Assembly: GCA_964188305.1 (NCBI GenBank)
Contig: OZ076894.1
DNA from: Podarcis bocagei
Lineage: Eukaryota
Strand: one strand, 5' to 3'
Length of the DNA stretch: 64,000 bases
The position numbers and the translations under genes were made by a program. Under the pieces are notes generated by a model. It had not been told where the DNA came from, ran no database searches, and saw only the letters and a program-made list of their open reading frames with translations. Shown in pieces: positions 1-11,180 of this stretch. The stretch's first letter is position 1; each line of letters starts with the position of its first letter.

Positions 1-110
1 GCAGGGACCAAGCAACGGGAGCTTACCCCATCGCAGGGATTCGAACCGCCAACCTTTTGATTGGCAAGCCCTAGGCTCTGTGGTTTAGACCAAAGCGCCA
101 CCCGCGTCCC
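1..110 (-). mobile_element. Sauria-type tRNA-derived SINE, 5' portion (cut by window edge)
   Basis: Minus strand begins GGGACGCGGGTGGCGCTTTGG (A box) and has GGTTCGAATCC (B box); matches the full copies at 23611, 57545 and 62347. Confidence 0.85.
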
Positions 111-1138
111 ATATTGTATCACTACATGATATAAGTAACAGGTTTGTTTCCACTACATAGTCCTAATATTTTAAACTACTATAGGCAAACACTTTGTACT
201 GAGAGAACTTGCAATTTTTCAGTATCAGTTTCTTATACTCAAATGACAATATGTAAAATTAGAGATTGTTTTTAATTTCTTAGTTTAAAGGAGTTTCATA
301 GTATTAAGTTAATAGCTGAGAATCAATGGAGGCCAGTTCTAAGCTATAATGATCCACGGCTACACACAAAATGAGCCCCATTGTATTTTAGAACTTAGCT
401 TGAACTTTTCCCAGTCCATTTGTCACTTACAAGATAGGAGCGATAAATAACTCATTGGCTTGACTACAGTAGACACTGAGTCCTTTGGATGCACAAGTAG
501 CCCATCAGGAACAGGACTATATATGAAAGCTACACTTTATTTTTTAAAGCCATGAGTCGAATCCCTCCCCCTTCTGCAGTCCACTTATCTGCACAGCTAA
601 ATGCATATTTCCTTTGGTCACATAGGCTCTGGTTCTGACTTTCTGTTGCCACCAGCACCATTGTGCCTTTTACATAGATGACTGGGAAATAATTACGTAT
701 GCAAGCATTAGATATCACTCCCGACCCCTCATGCACGGAGTATTTACAAGGAGATCAATGCTTGTTTTTGTTTTCAGTTCACCACAGTTTAGTGTTATGT
801 ACAAATCCAGAATTGTGTTCAATCTTAGTTATGGTGTACTAAAATGAAACAGGCTAAGTTTGTAAGCCAAAGTTTAAAGTTGGTTCATTTCCACGGTTAA
901 AATTAATCAGTTTGTGACTAATTAATCAGAGATATGTCAGACTGCAGGCAAAAACTGAACGTTTCTTATGACCTCACAGATGTGCTAGAAGAAAGGAAAG
1001 GGTGCAGCTGATGAGACCAAGACTCATTCATGTAATATCACAGTTTGGTATTTCATCCAGACTAGGTCATTATATTACAGGGGAACCAATTTTACATGAT
1101 GCACTCAAAAAACAGAGATATATGAGAACAATTCTTAC

Positions 1139-2168
1139 TGAGCTTGATCTTTCACAGGTGGAGACAGATTTTTTTCCATTGAGCCAGAGCTGGTCGGAAA
1201 CTTTTCTTTAAATACAGTAGGAATACCACCATGGCTATTTGCAGGTGAAAAATCCTTCCTGTTTCCTATTAGTCCTCTGGACTTTGAGAGGATTTCCAGG
1301 GAATGGCATCTCTCCACATTATTTAGTACTCCTTGACTCTGACTATGGGATGAGCCGGATCTTTCAGAGGAGTGTGCTCTCCTGAGGTAGCGCGAATGAG
1401 GTCTTTCTTCAATCAGCTGCATTGCTCTTCCCCTACCAGTATTTCCCATTTCTTTTACTGGGAGTCCCCAGTTGTTATGGGAACTACTTCCATAGCCAGA
1501 TGAGACTTCACTGGCATTCTTATTTTTAGGAAGAATGGTCATTTTGTTGGGAAGTGGCTGACCCCCTAGAAGTCTTTTCTTCTCCTTTAAGCAGCCACTT
1601 GTACTGACACTGGGAGAGGCAGAAGCAGCAGTAGAAATGGTGGCATTTCCACTGTCCATTGAATCCTCTACAGTTCCTGAATCTTTGCTTCTTGCTGAGT
1701 TACACTTGGACATAAAAGGATGATCCAATACAGACGAAAGGCTTAAACGATCTGCTGGATTTTTGCGAAGCAACTGGTGAATAAGGTCTTGAGCCTCTTC
1801 TGACAAAAACACTGGCATTTCATAATCTGCCAGCACCACTTTGTTCAAGGTGTTCTTTACCGTATCAGTATCAAAAGGTGGTCTTCCGGCCAGAAGAGTA
1901 AAGAGCATGCAGCCCAAGGACCAGACATCAGACTCAAGCCCATGCGCACTTCTTGTGGCTATTTCTGGAGAAATGTAATTAGGAGTCCCACACATTGTGT
2001 AATGCTTTTCATGAGGCATTGTCAGTTGGGTTGCAAGTCCAAAGTCAGCAATCTTGATGTTCATATTGTTGGTGAGTAAAAGATTAGAGAGTGTAAGGTC
2101 CCGGTGTAATATTCCATGGGAATGAAGATATAACATCCCTGTAATAATCTGGTGCATGAAGTTCCGAA
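1139..2168 (-). CDS. PLK4: PLK4 exon 5 (kinase C-lobe, phosphodegron, linker)
   Basis: 1030 nt; TAG acceptor, GTAAG donor; ORF 1135-2157 contains HRD, DFG and activation loop. Confidence 0.96.
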
Positions 2169-5100
2169 CTATATGAAATAAAAAAAGGAAGAGGGGTGTT
2201 AAGAAACATTTTTGCTATTTTGTCTTTAAACATGCTTTTGTCTTTAAGCATGCTTACCACCTACTTCTTGTAACTAATAGATTCAAAGAAATTCATACTT
2301 AAGCAACTAACGAAACTTACAAATGAGTCTACAGTGAGGGGGGAAAGTATCTGAGCCCCTGCTAAATTTGCCTGTTTGCCCTCTGACAAAGAAAGGACCA
2401 GTCCATAATTTTAATGGTAGGTTTATTGTAGCTGTGAGAGACAGAATAATAACAGGAAAACCCCCAGAAACCCAGAAGACAAAAGTCAGAGATTGATGTG
2501 CATTATAATGAGTGAAATAAGTATTTGATCCCCTATCAACCAGCCAGATGTCAGGCTACCTGGTATCTTCACTGTATGTAACGAGCTAAGATTAGAAGCA
2601 CAAAAGACACCTGTCGACAGAAGCAATCAATCCAGCAGATTCCAAAGTAGCCACCAAGACCAAAGAGCTATCCAAGGATGTCAGGGACAAGAATGTAGAC
2701 CTGCACAAGGCTGGACTGGGCTACAAGACTATGGCCAAGCAGCTTGGTGAGAAGGTGACAACAGTTGGTGCAATAATTCGCAAATGAAAGAAACACAAAA
2801 TAACTGTCGGAACCTCCCTCGGTCTGGGGTCCATGCAAGATCTCATCTCGTGGAGTTGCAATGATCATGAGAACGGTGATGAAGCAGCCCAGAACTACAC
2901 AGGGGGGGACTTGTCAATGATCTCAGGGAAGCTGGGACCATAGTCACCATGAAAACAGTTGGTAACACACTACGCCACGAAGGACTGAGATCTTGTAGAG
3001 CCCGCAAGATCCCCTTGCTCAAGATAGCACATGTACAGGCCCGTCTGCAGTTTGCCCATGGGACATCTGAATGACACAGAGGAAAACTGGGTGAAAGTGT
3101 TGTGGTCAGATGAGACCAAAATAATCTCTTTGGCATCAATTCAACTTGCCGTGTTTGGAGGAGGAATGCTGCCTACGACCCCAAGAACACCATCGCCACC
3201 GTCAAACATGGAGGGGAACATATTATGCTTTGGGGGTGTTTTTCTGCTAAAGGGACAAGACACCTTCACCCCATCGAAGGGATGATGGACGGGACCATGT
3301 ACTGTCAAATCTTGGGTGAGCACCTCCTTCCCTCAGCCAGGGCATTGAAAATGGGTCGCGGATGGGTATTCCAGCATGACAATGACCCAAAACACACAAC
3401 AAACCATTTGAGAAGTGCTCAAACACACCCCTAATTTTAGTATAATAAAATTGCATTTGCCAGTCGCTGTCCAAGGAGATGCCACACACAAACATATATA
3501 TATCACCCGAGCCTCTGAGGGCAGAGGAACTACCAACAGTGCCCCCTCTGCTGATCTCAGCACCCAAAAGGGTATGTAAGAAGCATATTACACCCCTTTA
3601 AAATTGATAAATAACTGCACAACAAACTCTACAAGATTGGGTGACTTTCAAAAGCAAGGTCTTACAGACCACTATGTCTAAAGAAAAATAATCTCATTGG
3701 CTATGTCCAAGCCCTGGGTGGATTCCAACCTATTTACTTGATGGAAAGGCTGCTTCAAGGTGCAACAATAAGCAATATTTCAGCCTTACCTTCTTCTTCA
3801 GAGAAACGGGTCTTTCTGTTCTTTAAATATCTGCTCATTTCTCCATTGTGACACATCTCCAGTATCAGGTACACGTAGTTGCTATCTTCAAAGTAGTTAT
3901 ACAACTAGAAAAATGAAAACTAGTTTTAATATACATCAAAGTTTAGTTACCAGCATGTCAAGTTCTTTGTGTAAATTCTTACCTCAAGTATAGAGGGATG
4001 TTTTAGTTGACAATGTATCTTCACTTCATTTTGAACTCTTTGCACCATTCCAGCTTTGTGCATAGCCTTTTTGTCAATCTGAAAAGATTTTCTTTTTAAA
4101 ATTAAGCTCATATACACACACAAAAGTAATGATTTTTTTAAAATAATAATAATTCAGGAATAGATTTAAGCTAAATGAGGGTTGGAAAGAGTTTTATTGT
4201 TACATTTTATACTAATACCATTATTTCAGGTATGTCCAGCTTGCTTTAGTCTCATGTTAAGATAACAATTCTTCAGAAATCTGCTTGACACCAGCCTAGA
4301 AAGTAAGCCCAGCTAAATAAAATGGGACTTGCTTCCAAATAAACATAGGAATGGGGTTTAAATGTTGTATTATATCCCTACAGATATATATTGAACTTTC
4401 TCAACAAATACTGACTAATGGCCAAACTACTACACAGTATTTTAAAAGCATGGTTTACTCTTCAGTTTTGTTTTGTTTTTAATCAGAGGTGGATAACCTG
4501 CAACACTTCAGATATTGAACTGTAATTCCCATCATTCCTGACTGTTGGCCATGCTGACTGGGACTGATGGGAGTTGGAGTCCATAACATCTGGAGGGTCA
4601 CAAATTCAGAATCAGGATTGGGACCATAGTGCAGGTGGATATGTAAAAAGCAAACAAAATTCTTAGCACTTGTGCTGTGATCTTAATTAAAAATGTTGTT
4701 CTCTTGCTGCCGTTGATACCATTTTTTAAAAATCTCCCCTTATACTATGGTCCCAATCCTAATTTCCCCCTCTGCTGCTATTTAATATTTTCACAAAAAC
4801 AAAACATAAGACTCACCACATAGTGTGCAAAAGACACCTCTAATTTCACATTATAATGTGCCTTGACCCTGAAAGCTATTCTATACTAAAAACAATCATC
4901 TGTGCTGAGGAGTTTGACAGATGAAGCACTTCAGATGTTAAGTGCTTAAAAGACTGGACTGGTTTATGTGTTTGCACAGTCAAGTACAGGGCAAGCGCTA
5001 TATGGAGAAAACCTTTGCAGCCTGGAATTCAAATTGAGAGGTGAACAACAGAAATCAGGAACTAACAAGTTGTGGGAACATAAGGAGTAAGTTAGAAAGT

Positions 5101-8100
5101 AAAATATTGCATTTATTAGCTTACCCAGCAGCTTGGTATCCTATATTCTGGCTAAATTCAGTTACTTTGGTATCTGATCCAATGGCAACTTACCATTTTG
5201 ATGGCAACTTCTAGGCCTGTTTTCAGGGATACTGCTCTGTAGACTCCTGCAAAGGAGCCCTTCCCCAGAAGGTTCCCCACTTTGAAATCCTGAAAAAGAA
5301 AAAGCAATGGTCACTGCTCTTACTGCCTCCGCACCTTCCATCTGCACAGTTATGTATCAGCTACTGAGATAGTGTGGGGTGTCAAACATCTAATTGTTTT
5401 AATATGCTACCTGTAAAAAATTCCCTCTGAAATGTTTGCAGAGGAGATGTGATGAAATTTCACCTTGCCTTGTAATTTAAATAGCTGATATAAAGAGTCA
5501 CCTTGATTCAAATTAATCCCTGTTCTGAAACAAAAAAGACTTTAAGGAGAAAACTGTGAGGCTAGCTTGAAGTGTGGGAGGAAAGTACTGCTTCCACTTC
5601 CCAATGCAGTGGGGGTTAGTATGAAAATGCATCTAAAAGGAAAGAGGTTAAGGCTGCTTCTCCCTCCCACCTCCAAAGTTGTTTTTAAAAATGCATCCTG
5701 TTCATACCTTTCACATACCAACTCTCCCCTCATCTACCCTTATCCATGTTTTGCTCCCATCACTCCGCAGTTCCATATTTTACAGACTACTAGAAAGCCT
5801 GCTCTGAAATCCCTCTGGACTAGAGTCATGAATGTAGTATAAGAGGTAGGGCAAAAGGAAGCAAATACAGAGATGTGTCCACACCATACAAGTTCAGTCT
5901 TGCAGTTTCTGACTTTTACACGATACAAAAAACACAGGCTCTTCCACGTGTTTCACCTTTGCCCAGCTGAAACCTGGTTCCCTTGGGCAATCTTCGTACT
6001 TCTCCCCCTCCCCTCAAAAACCATCCTGTCCCCTTTCAGGATGCAGGTGGGAAAAGCACTTCAGTGCCCTGAGGGCCAGTTAAAGGGCGCCCTGGCCGCG
6101 CTCTCGCCCCGACGGCGCATGCTCCGGCAGAGGCGCTCCTCAGCAGAGACCGGCCGGCGGCAGGAGGCGGCTTTACCTGAATGGAGCTCTCCCAAGGCGA
6201 GCACTGGGACATGCCGGCGGCGGAGGCTGCGCCGGCGCTGGGCACCGGAGAGAGCAGGAGACTGAGCAGCCACTGCGGCATCGCGCTGCCAGGAACTCGC
6301 AGCCACTGAGGAGCTCGCAGCGCCGGGGCTCGCGGGCGGCTCTCGCCTTGCCGCGCTCTCTCCCGCTCCCGGGGGAGACGCGGCTTCCATCCCCCGTTGC
6401 CAAGGAAACGACCCGGGGGAGAGACGCCAGAGCGGAGGCACCCCCCCCCCCGCCCGCGCATCCCGCGCGCCGCCTTGCTGTTGCCGCCGCCGAAAACGGC
6501 AATCCTTAGCCCCCCGCCGCCCCCTCTTCGCGCGAGAGGGAGTAAGGTCCCCCGAGCGGTCCGGGGCTCGCTTCCGAGTACGCAGGGACAGGGCTGCACT
6601 GTTAAACTGTTTGCAAACTCATTGGCAAAAGAAAGGTGTCCTGCAGAGGCTTCGCCCCACTTTTAAGAAATACCAGCGAGCTGGGTTTCTCCTTTCTTCA
6701 ACGCAAGGCTCTTGGGGTTAGAAACTTTGCCCTCGTGGCAAAAACCGATTTTGCGTTTTAAGAGCGATGGATGTTTTCTATAGGGCTGGCCTTCCGTACC
6801 TATGTAGCCTTGCGGGTAGTGGAAGTCCAAGAGTTAGTGTCAAAAAACTAACGTCTTAATGTTCAAAGGATTTAGATATCTGCATATGTCACAAAAATTG
6901 TGGCATTTTCAAAACTGCCTGGGGAGTTTAGAAGTTGGCATCTACCTCCCCAATACCTTTCTAGGGGCAATGATTATATCATGAGGTACATGAATTAAAG
7001 CAAATTGTTATATTGCCAGCCTTTAGGGGACCAGCAGAATATTTGGAATTTTGAGTGTTTGATGGGCACCACCCCTTCCAACTGATTTGCCTTTTCCACT
7101 CCATCAACATAAAAAGAAAAGTGTCACCCACATACATTTATTTTCCAAGGGCTCTAGATCAATGTTGGTTCCAGTAGAATCAAAATAGATCCTCTTTCGT
7201 TTGCATGATTTAGCAACCCCCAGACTACCATGATGAGGATGACTGATAATATATTTTACTGTAATTAGTTTGCATATCACCTTATGAAGTTACCTAATGA
7301 TTTGGAAATGATGGGTGGTTTGGAGTTGAAGTAGGAGTGGGGAAACAGAGAGCATGTGCTGGGACTTCTGGAGGTTGTATTCCCCCCTGCCCCCACTGCC
7401 AATGTTTTCATAACTGATGAATATCAAAAAATATCATATTGGCCCGAATATAAGACCCACCCACAAATGCCGCACCTTTAAAATTCAAAGCTCCTCTGCC
7501 CTGGCGGCTCGGGGGAGGCTTGGGAGCAGTGGGCAGGCTGTGCATCGTTGCCTCGCACTCCCGGGCTGCTTCTGGGCGGCGGGGTGAGGGAGCTGCGCCG
7601 TTTTGCCGGTGGCGTAAGGTTACGAATATAAGCCACACTTTAACTTTTCACTGTCAGAATTTGGAAAAAAGTGTGGCTTATACTCAGGCCAAAATGGTAC
7701 ATAAATATTTATTCCTGAAGTAAAACAGGTCAACTTTTCTCAACACTTATTTCCTGTCGTCGTCATCATCAGAATAAACAAACTCTACAGGCATGTTTAC
7801 AGTTGCTTTTCTTGTAGTCCGTCTGTGAGTGTCTCAAATGCTCCCTATTCTCTTCCAAAAAAATTGATCACTAAAACTCAAAGTGACAGCAAACACAAGC
7901 ATATATTCTTGTATTCTAAACCTATTCCCTAACTCAATGAAGTGTTTTTAGTACTCTGATCCTTCAACATAGGAACATAAGAAGAGCCTGCTGGATTAGG
8001 CCAATGGCCCATCTAGCCCAACATTCTGTTCTCACAGTGGTCAACCAAACACCTGGGGGTCGCCCATATGCAGAACCCAGGCACAAGAGGACACTCCCCT

Positions 8101-10793
8101 CCTGAGGTTTCCAGCAACTACTATTCATAAGCATACAGCCTCCAACTGTAGAAGTCAACCATTAATAATCATAATAAAAAATTCCTTCCAGTAGCACCTT
8201 AAAGACCAACTAAGTTAGTTCTTGGTATGAGCTTTCGTGTGCATGCACGCTTCTTCAGATACACTGAAACACTGAAAGTTTCAGTGTATCTGAAGAAGTG
8301 TGCATGCACACGAAAGCTCATACCAAGAACTAACTTAGTTGGTCTTTAAGGTGCTACTGGAAGGAATTTTTTATTTTGACTATGGCAGACCAACACGGCT
8401 ACCTATCTGTAATTAATAATCATGATTATTAATGTTCCCAACGGTGCAGTACATAAAAGGAAAATCCATTATCTGTTTTGTTAGGTTAATTCTTGCCTGA
8501 AATATTAAGCATATTTCAAATGTGTATCAAAAATAAAAGTATAACCTACTGTTGAAACAATCATTTCAGTATAAATCATAATACTTGCCGGGCCATAGTT
8601 TACCATTACACACTTCAGAGAACACTTTAAAGATTAATTCATGTTAACTGCTTACAGCTTGATCCTTCCATGCTCACTTGAAAGTAAGCCCCATTGAGTT
8701 CAGTAGGTTTGACTTTCTAATAAGTGTGCACAGGGTTGCAAGCATGCAGGCTTATCCTACACATATTTAAAATCCCTCTGAATTTAGTGTTGCAGCTGTA
8801 ATCTCTTGAAGGCCAAGGTGAATACTTTTTCACATGATTAAGGGGGGGAAATCTATCACACACTTCCTCCAAAGCATACTTATGGGAGTACCCTAATTAT
8901 GCCTGGCTAGAATCATAGAATCATAGAGTTGGAAGAGACCACAAGGGCCATTGAGTCCAACCCCCTGCCAAGCAGGAAACACCATCAGAGCACTCCTGAC
9001 ATATGGTTGTCAAGCCTCTGCTTAAAGACCTCCAAAGTAGGAGACTCCACCACACTCCTTGGCAGCAAATTCCACTGTCGAACAGCTCTTACTGTCAGGA
9101 AGTTCTTCCTAATGTTTAGGTGGAATCTTCTTTCTTGTAGTTTGGATCCATTGCTCCGTGTCCGCTTCTCTGGAGCAGCAGAAAACAACCTTTCTCCCTC
9201 CTCTATGTGACATCCTTTTATATATTTGAACATGGCTATCATATCACCCCTTAACCTCCTCTTCTCCAGGCTAAACATGCCCAGCTCCCTTAGCCGTTCC
9301 TCATAAGGCATCGTTTCCAGGCCCTTGACCATTTTGGTTGCCCTCCTCTGGACACGTTCCAGTTTGTCAGTGTCCTTCTTGAATTGTGGTGCCCAGAACT
9401 GGACACAGTACTCCAGGTGAGGTCTGACCAGAGCAGAATACAGTGGCACTATTACTTCCCTTGATCTAGATGCTATACTCCTATTGATGCAGCCCAGAAT
9501 TGCATTGGCTTTTTTAGCTGGCTAATAGAGGAAATTTGGGGGAAGATGCTGCAAACCCAATTTGGCAACCAGCCAGACCTTGAATGTAAACAAAGCCTTC
9601 CTGAGAAAAATGTTATAACAGATGCAAGTTTTCAACACTTGTAGCAATTGTAGACCTTTTATCTGAGCTCTGTGAGCTAAAACATAACGATGCAGAATTT
9701 GGTAATGTTTCAAATTATTCATGCTGTTTGTCAAAGCACATTGGTTCACTTATTTATCATAGTAAAAAATTACTAGATACAAATGAGAATTTCTCAGGGA
9801 TAGATGCAGTCTCCTTCTTGAATTACAGGCTGCACAGATGATCATTACAAAGGCTACAATTAAAACCACATAACCATTTGCTTGGTCACCTGTGACTAAG
9901 AAATACCATCTTCAGGCAACTCTGTGTTCAGAGGGAACACCATACAAGGTAGAAGCATGGTGACAGGTATGCAGTACTAAGAATAATGTTGTGAGAGTGC
10001 TAATATGGACCAAAATTCATCCTTTATGAACCTCGTTAACTAGTCCGAAATAGCTACCACACCTTAGTTCTACAGAATCTATACAAACACGGATTAGAAT
10101 TCCCACATCAACCACAGACACACATCCTCGGTTAATGGCAAACATTCGAGTTGTGTAGAGTTCAGCCCTATGAACAACTTGTTCTTTTTAAGTCATACAC
10201 TAAAGGACATTAAATTTAAAGATGTTAAAGTGCAGAGCTGCCTGTCTATTCTGGCAGGGCTTCTGCACCTTGACAAACTGAGATGGGTACAAATTCTACA
10301 GATGGAGACTTCCCATTTTTAACGCCACCGTGATTATTGTGATCCGCTTTGAGCTCAGCATTTGTCGCTGGAAAAGCGGAAGACAAATATCAAAACAAAT
10401 CAAAGGCATTGTAAAAAAAAGAGCATAGGTTGGTTTTCTGCCTGCCACGCAGCTCTTAATGACACTAAAGCAGAGGTAGCATAGAAGCAGGGGACGTGCA
10501 ACCTGGTGCCATCCAAGGAAAAAGGAGGAAAGAGAAGCGACCTCATCCTGAACCAGCGAAGTGGGAGGGATCGAGTGTTTTAAGTCGCTGGTAAGGCGAA
10601 ACCCCGCCCAGCATCACGCCGCGCCAGTCAGCAAGCTGGACGGGAACACCTGTAACAACACCAAGCCCTGCTTCCTCCTCCACTGAGATATGGTTGGGCC
10701 CAGACTCCCCCTCCCCCGAGAATGGCTCGGTCCCCACCCACCCCGTAATGGCCGTTTCCGCACCTCAATCTTGTCGCCGATGCAGGTCGCCAT
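1139..10793 (-). CDS. PLK4: Polo-like kinase 4, 5' part (coding exons 1-5; gene continues beyond window start)
   Basis: Exons 10764-10793, 5194-5289, 3983-4078, 3790-3904, 1139-2168 join in phase with GT/AG: [29 protein letters not shown]...HRDLTLSN...DFGLA...[10 protein letters not shown], plus DSGNAT degron. Confidence 0.97.
2332..3399 (+). mobile_element. Tc1/mariner transposon, degenerate and 3'-truncated (IR/DR type)
   Basis: TA + CAGTG terminus; direct repeat AAGTAT(C/T)TGA(G/T)CCCCT near 2345 and 2519; frameshifted transposase motifs [26 protein letters not shown]. Confidence 0.9.
3790..3904 (-). CDS. PLK4: PLK4 exon 4
   Basis: 115 nt, [38 protein letters not shown]; AG/GT flanks. 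Confidence 0.95.
3983..4078 (-). CDS. PLK4: PLK4 exon 3
   Basis: 96 nt, [32 protein letters not shown]; AG/GT flanks. Confidence 0.95.
5194..5289 (-). CDS. PLK4: PLK4 exon 2 (Gly-rich loop, VAIK lysine)
   Basis: 96 nt, [32 protein letters not shown]; AG/GT flanks. Confidence 0.95.
6177..6212 (-). CDS. PLK4: Candidate alternative first coding exon of PLK4 ([12 protein letters not shown]; in-frame upstream AUG at 6281)
   Basis: gccgccggcATG context, 12 codons, CAG|GTAAAG donor in phase 0 matching the phase-0 acceptor of exon 2. Confidence 0.55.
6396..6409. promoter_or_regulatory. RFX X-box
   Basis: GTTGCCAAGGAAAC, one mismatch from the canonical GTTGCCATGGAAAC. Confidence 0.7.
7434..7697. 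mobile_element. Tc1/pogo-superfamily MITE
   Basis: TA flanks; imperfect TIRs (tcatattggcccgaatataag ... cttatactcaggccaaaatgg). Confidence 0.6.
7966..8155 (-). mobile_element. Old CR1-3'-related SINE/LINE fragment
   Basis: aacataggaacataagaagagcctgctggat...ggcccatctagccca tail typical of reptile CR1-related 3' ends. Confidence 0.5.
8173..8411. mobile_element. Penelope-like inverted-repeat insertion
   Basis: ~95-bp near-perfect inverted arms (8176-8270 / 8278-8372); flanked by 12-bp duplication attaataatcat (8161-8172, 8412-8423). Confidence 0.75.
8910..9517 (-). mobile_element. CR1 LINE, 5'-truncated
   Basis: ORF2 C-terminus [20 protein letters not shown]...LEKRRLRGD; (ATTCTATG)n tail; ctggcta flanking duplication. 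Confidence 0.95.
10764..10793 (-). CDS. PLK4: PLK4 canonical coding exon 1
   Basis: gccgccATGG Kozak; [10 protein letters not shown]|GTGCGG. Confidence 0.95.
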
Positions 10794-10799
10794 GGCGGC

Positions 10800-11180
10800 G
10801 GCGGCGCTCGCTCTTCCCCGCGTCACTCTCTTCCTTTCCTATAAGCTACAACATGGCCGGGTAATGCGCGTCTCTTTCGCCACCGTTGCCGCTCCGCAGG
10901 CCTCTCCCTCCCCGCTACGGGGGTCGGGGAGAAACCCCTTCCTTGAGGGGCTCCATTTTGAAAATCCCGCCCGTTACCAAAGCCGCCTTTGCGTCACTTG
11001 CGCATGACGCCATCGCGCCGTCCCCTCCGCCTATCCTCGGGCTCCTTGGGAGCGGGGCGGGGCGCCGTAAGGCTGTTTGCGGCCTCGGAGAAAAGTAGCG
11101 CAGAAGGGCGCGTGCGCGGTACAAGTCAGTGTTCTCCGCTAGGCTTGCTGAGGAAACCCGCCCTCTAGTGGCAAGGATGC
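10800..11180. promoter_or_regulatory. PLK4 CpG-island promoter with CDE/CHR, CRE-like, NRF1-like and GC-box elements
   Basis: Minus strand GGGCGG-GATT-TTCAAA (10957-10972); TGCGTCA 10990-10996; TGCGCATGACGC 10999-11010; GGGGCGGGGC ~11054; GCGCGTGCGC 11108-11117. The same element classes are known for mammalian PLK4. Confidence 0.8.

Larger units (their letters stand above)
6060..6600. promoter_or_regulatory. Intronic CpG island / candidate alternative PLK4 promoter
   Basis: Dense CpG and high GC against an AT-rich background; no TIR or TSD seen; contains GC boxes and an X-box. Confidence 0.75.

Noticed and set aside
5873-6666. Several overlapping long ORFs in the intronic CpG island as an independent gene
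   Set aside because: Low-complexity Arg/Ala/Pro translations expected from GC-rich DNA; only the short phase-0 segment ending at the 6177 donor has support
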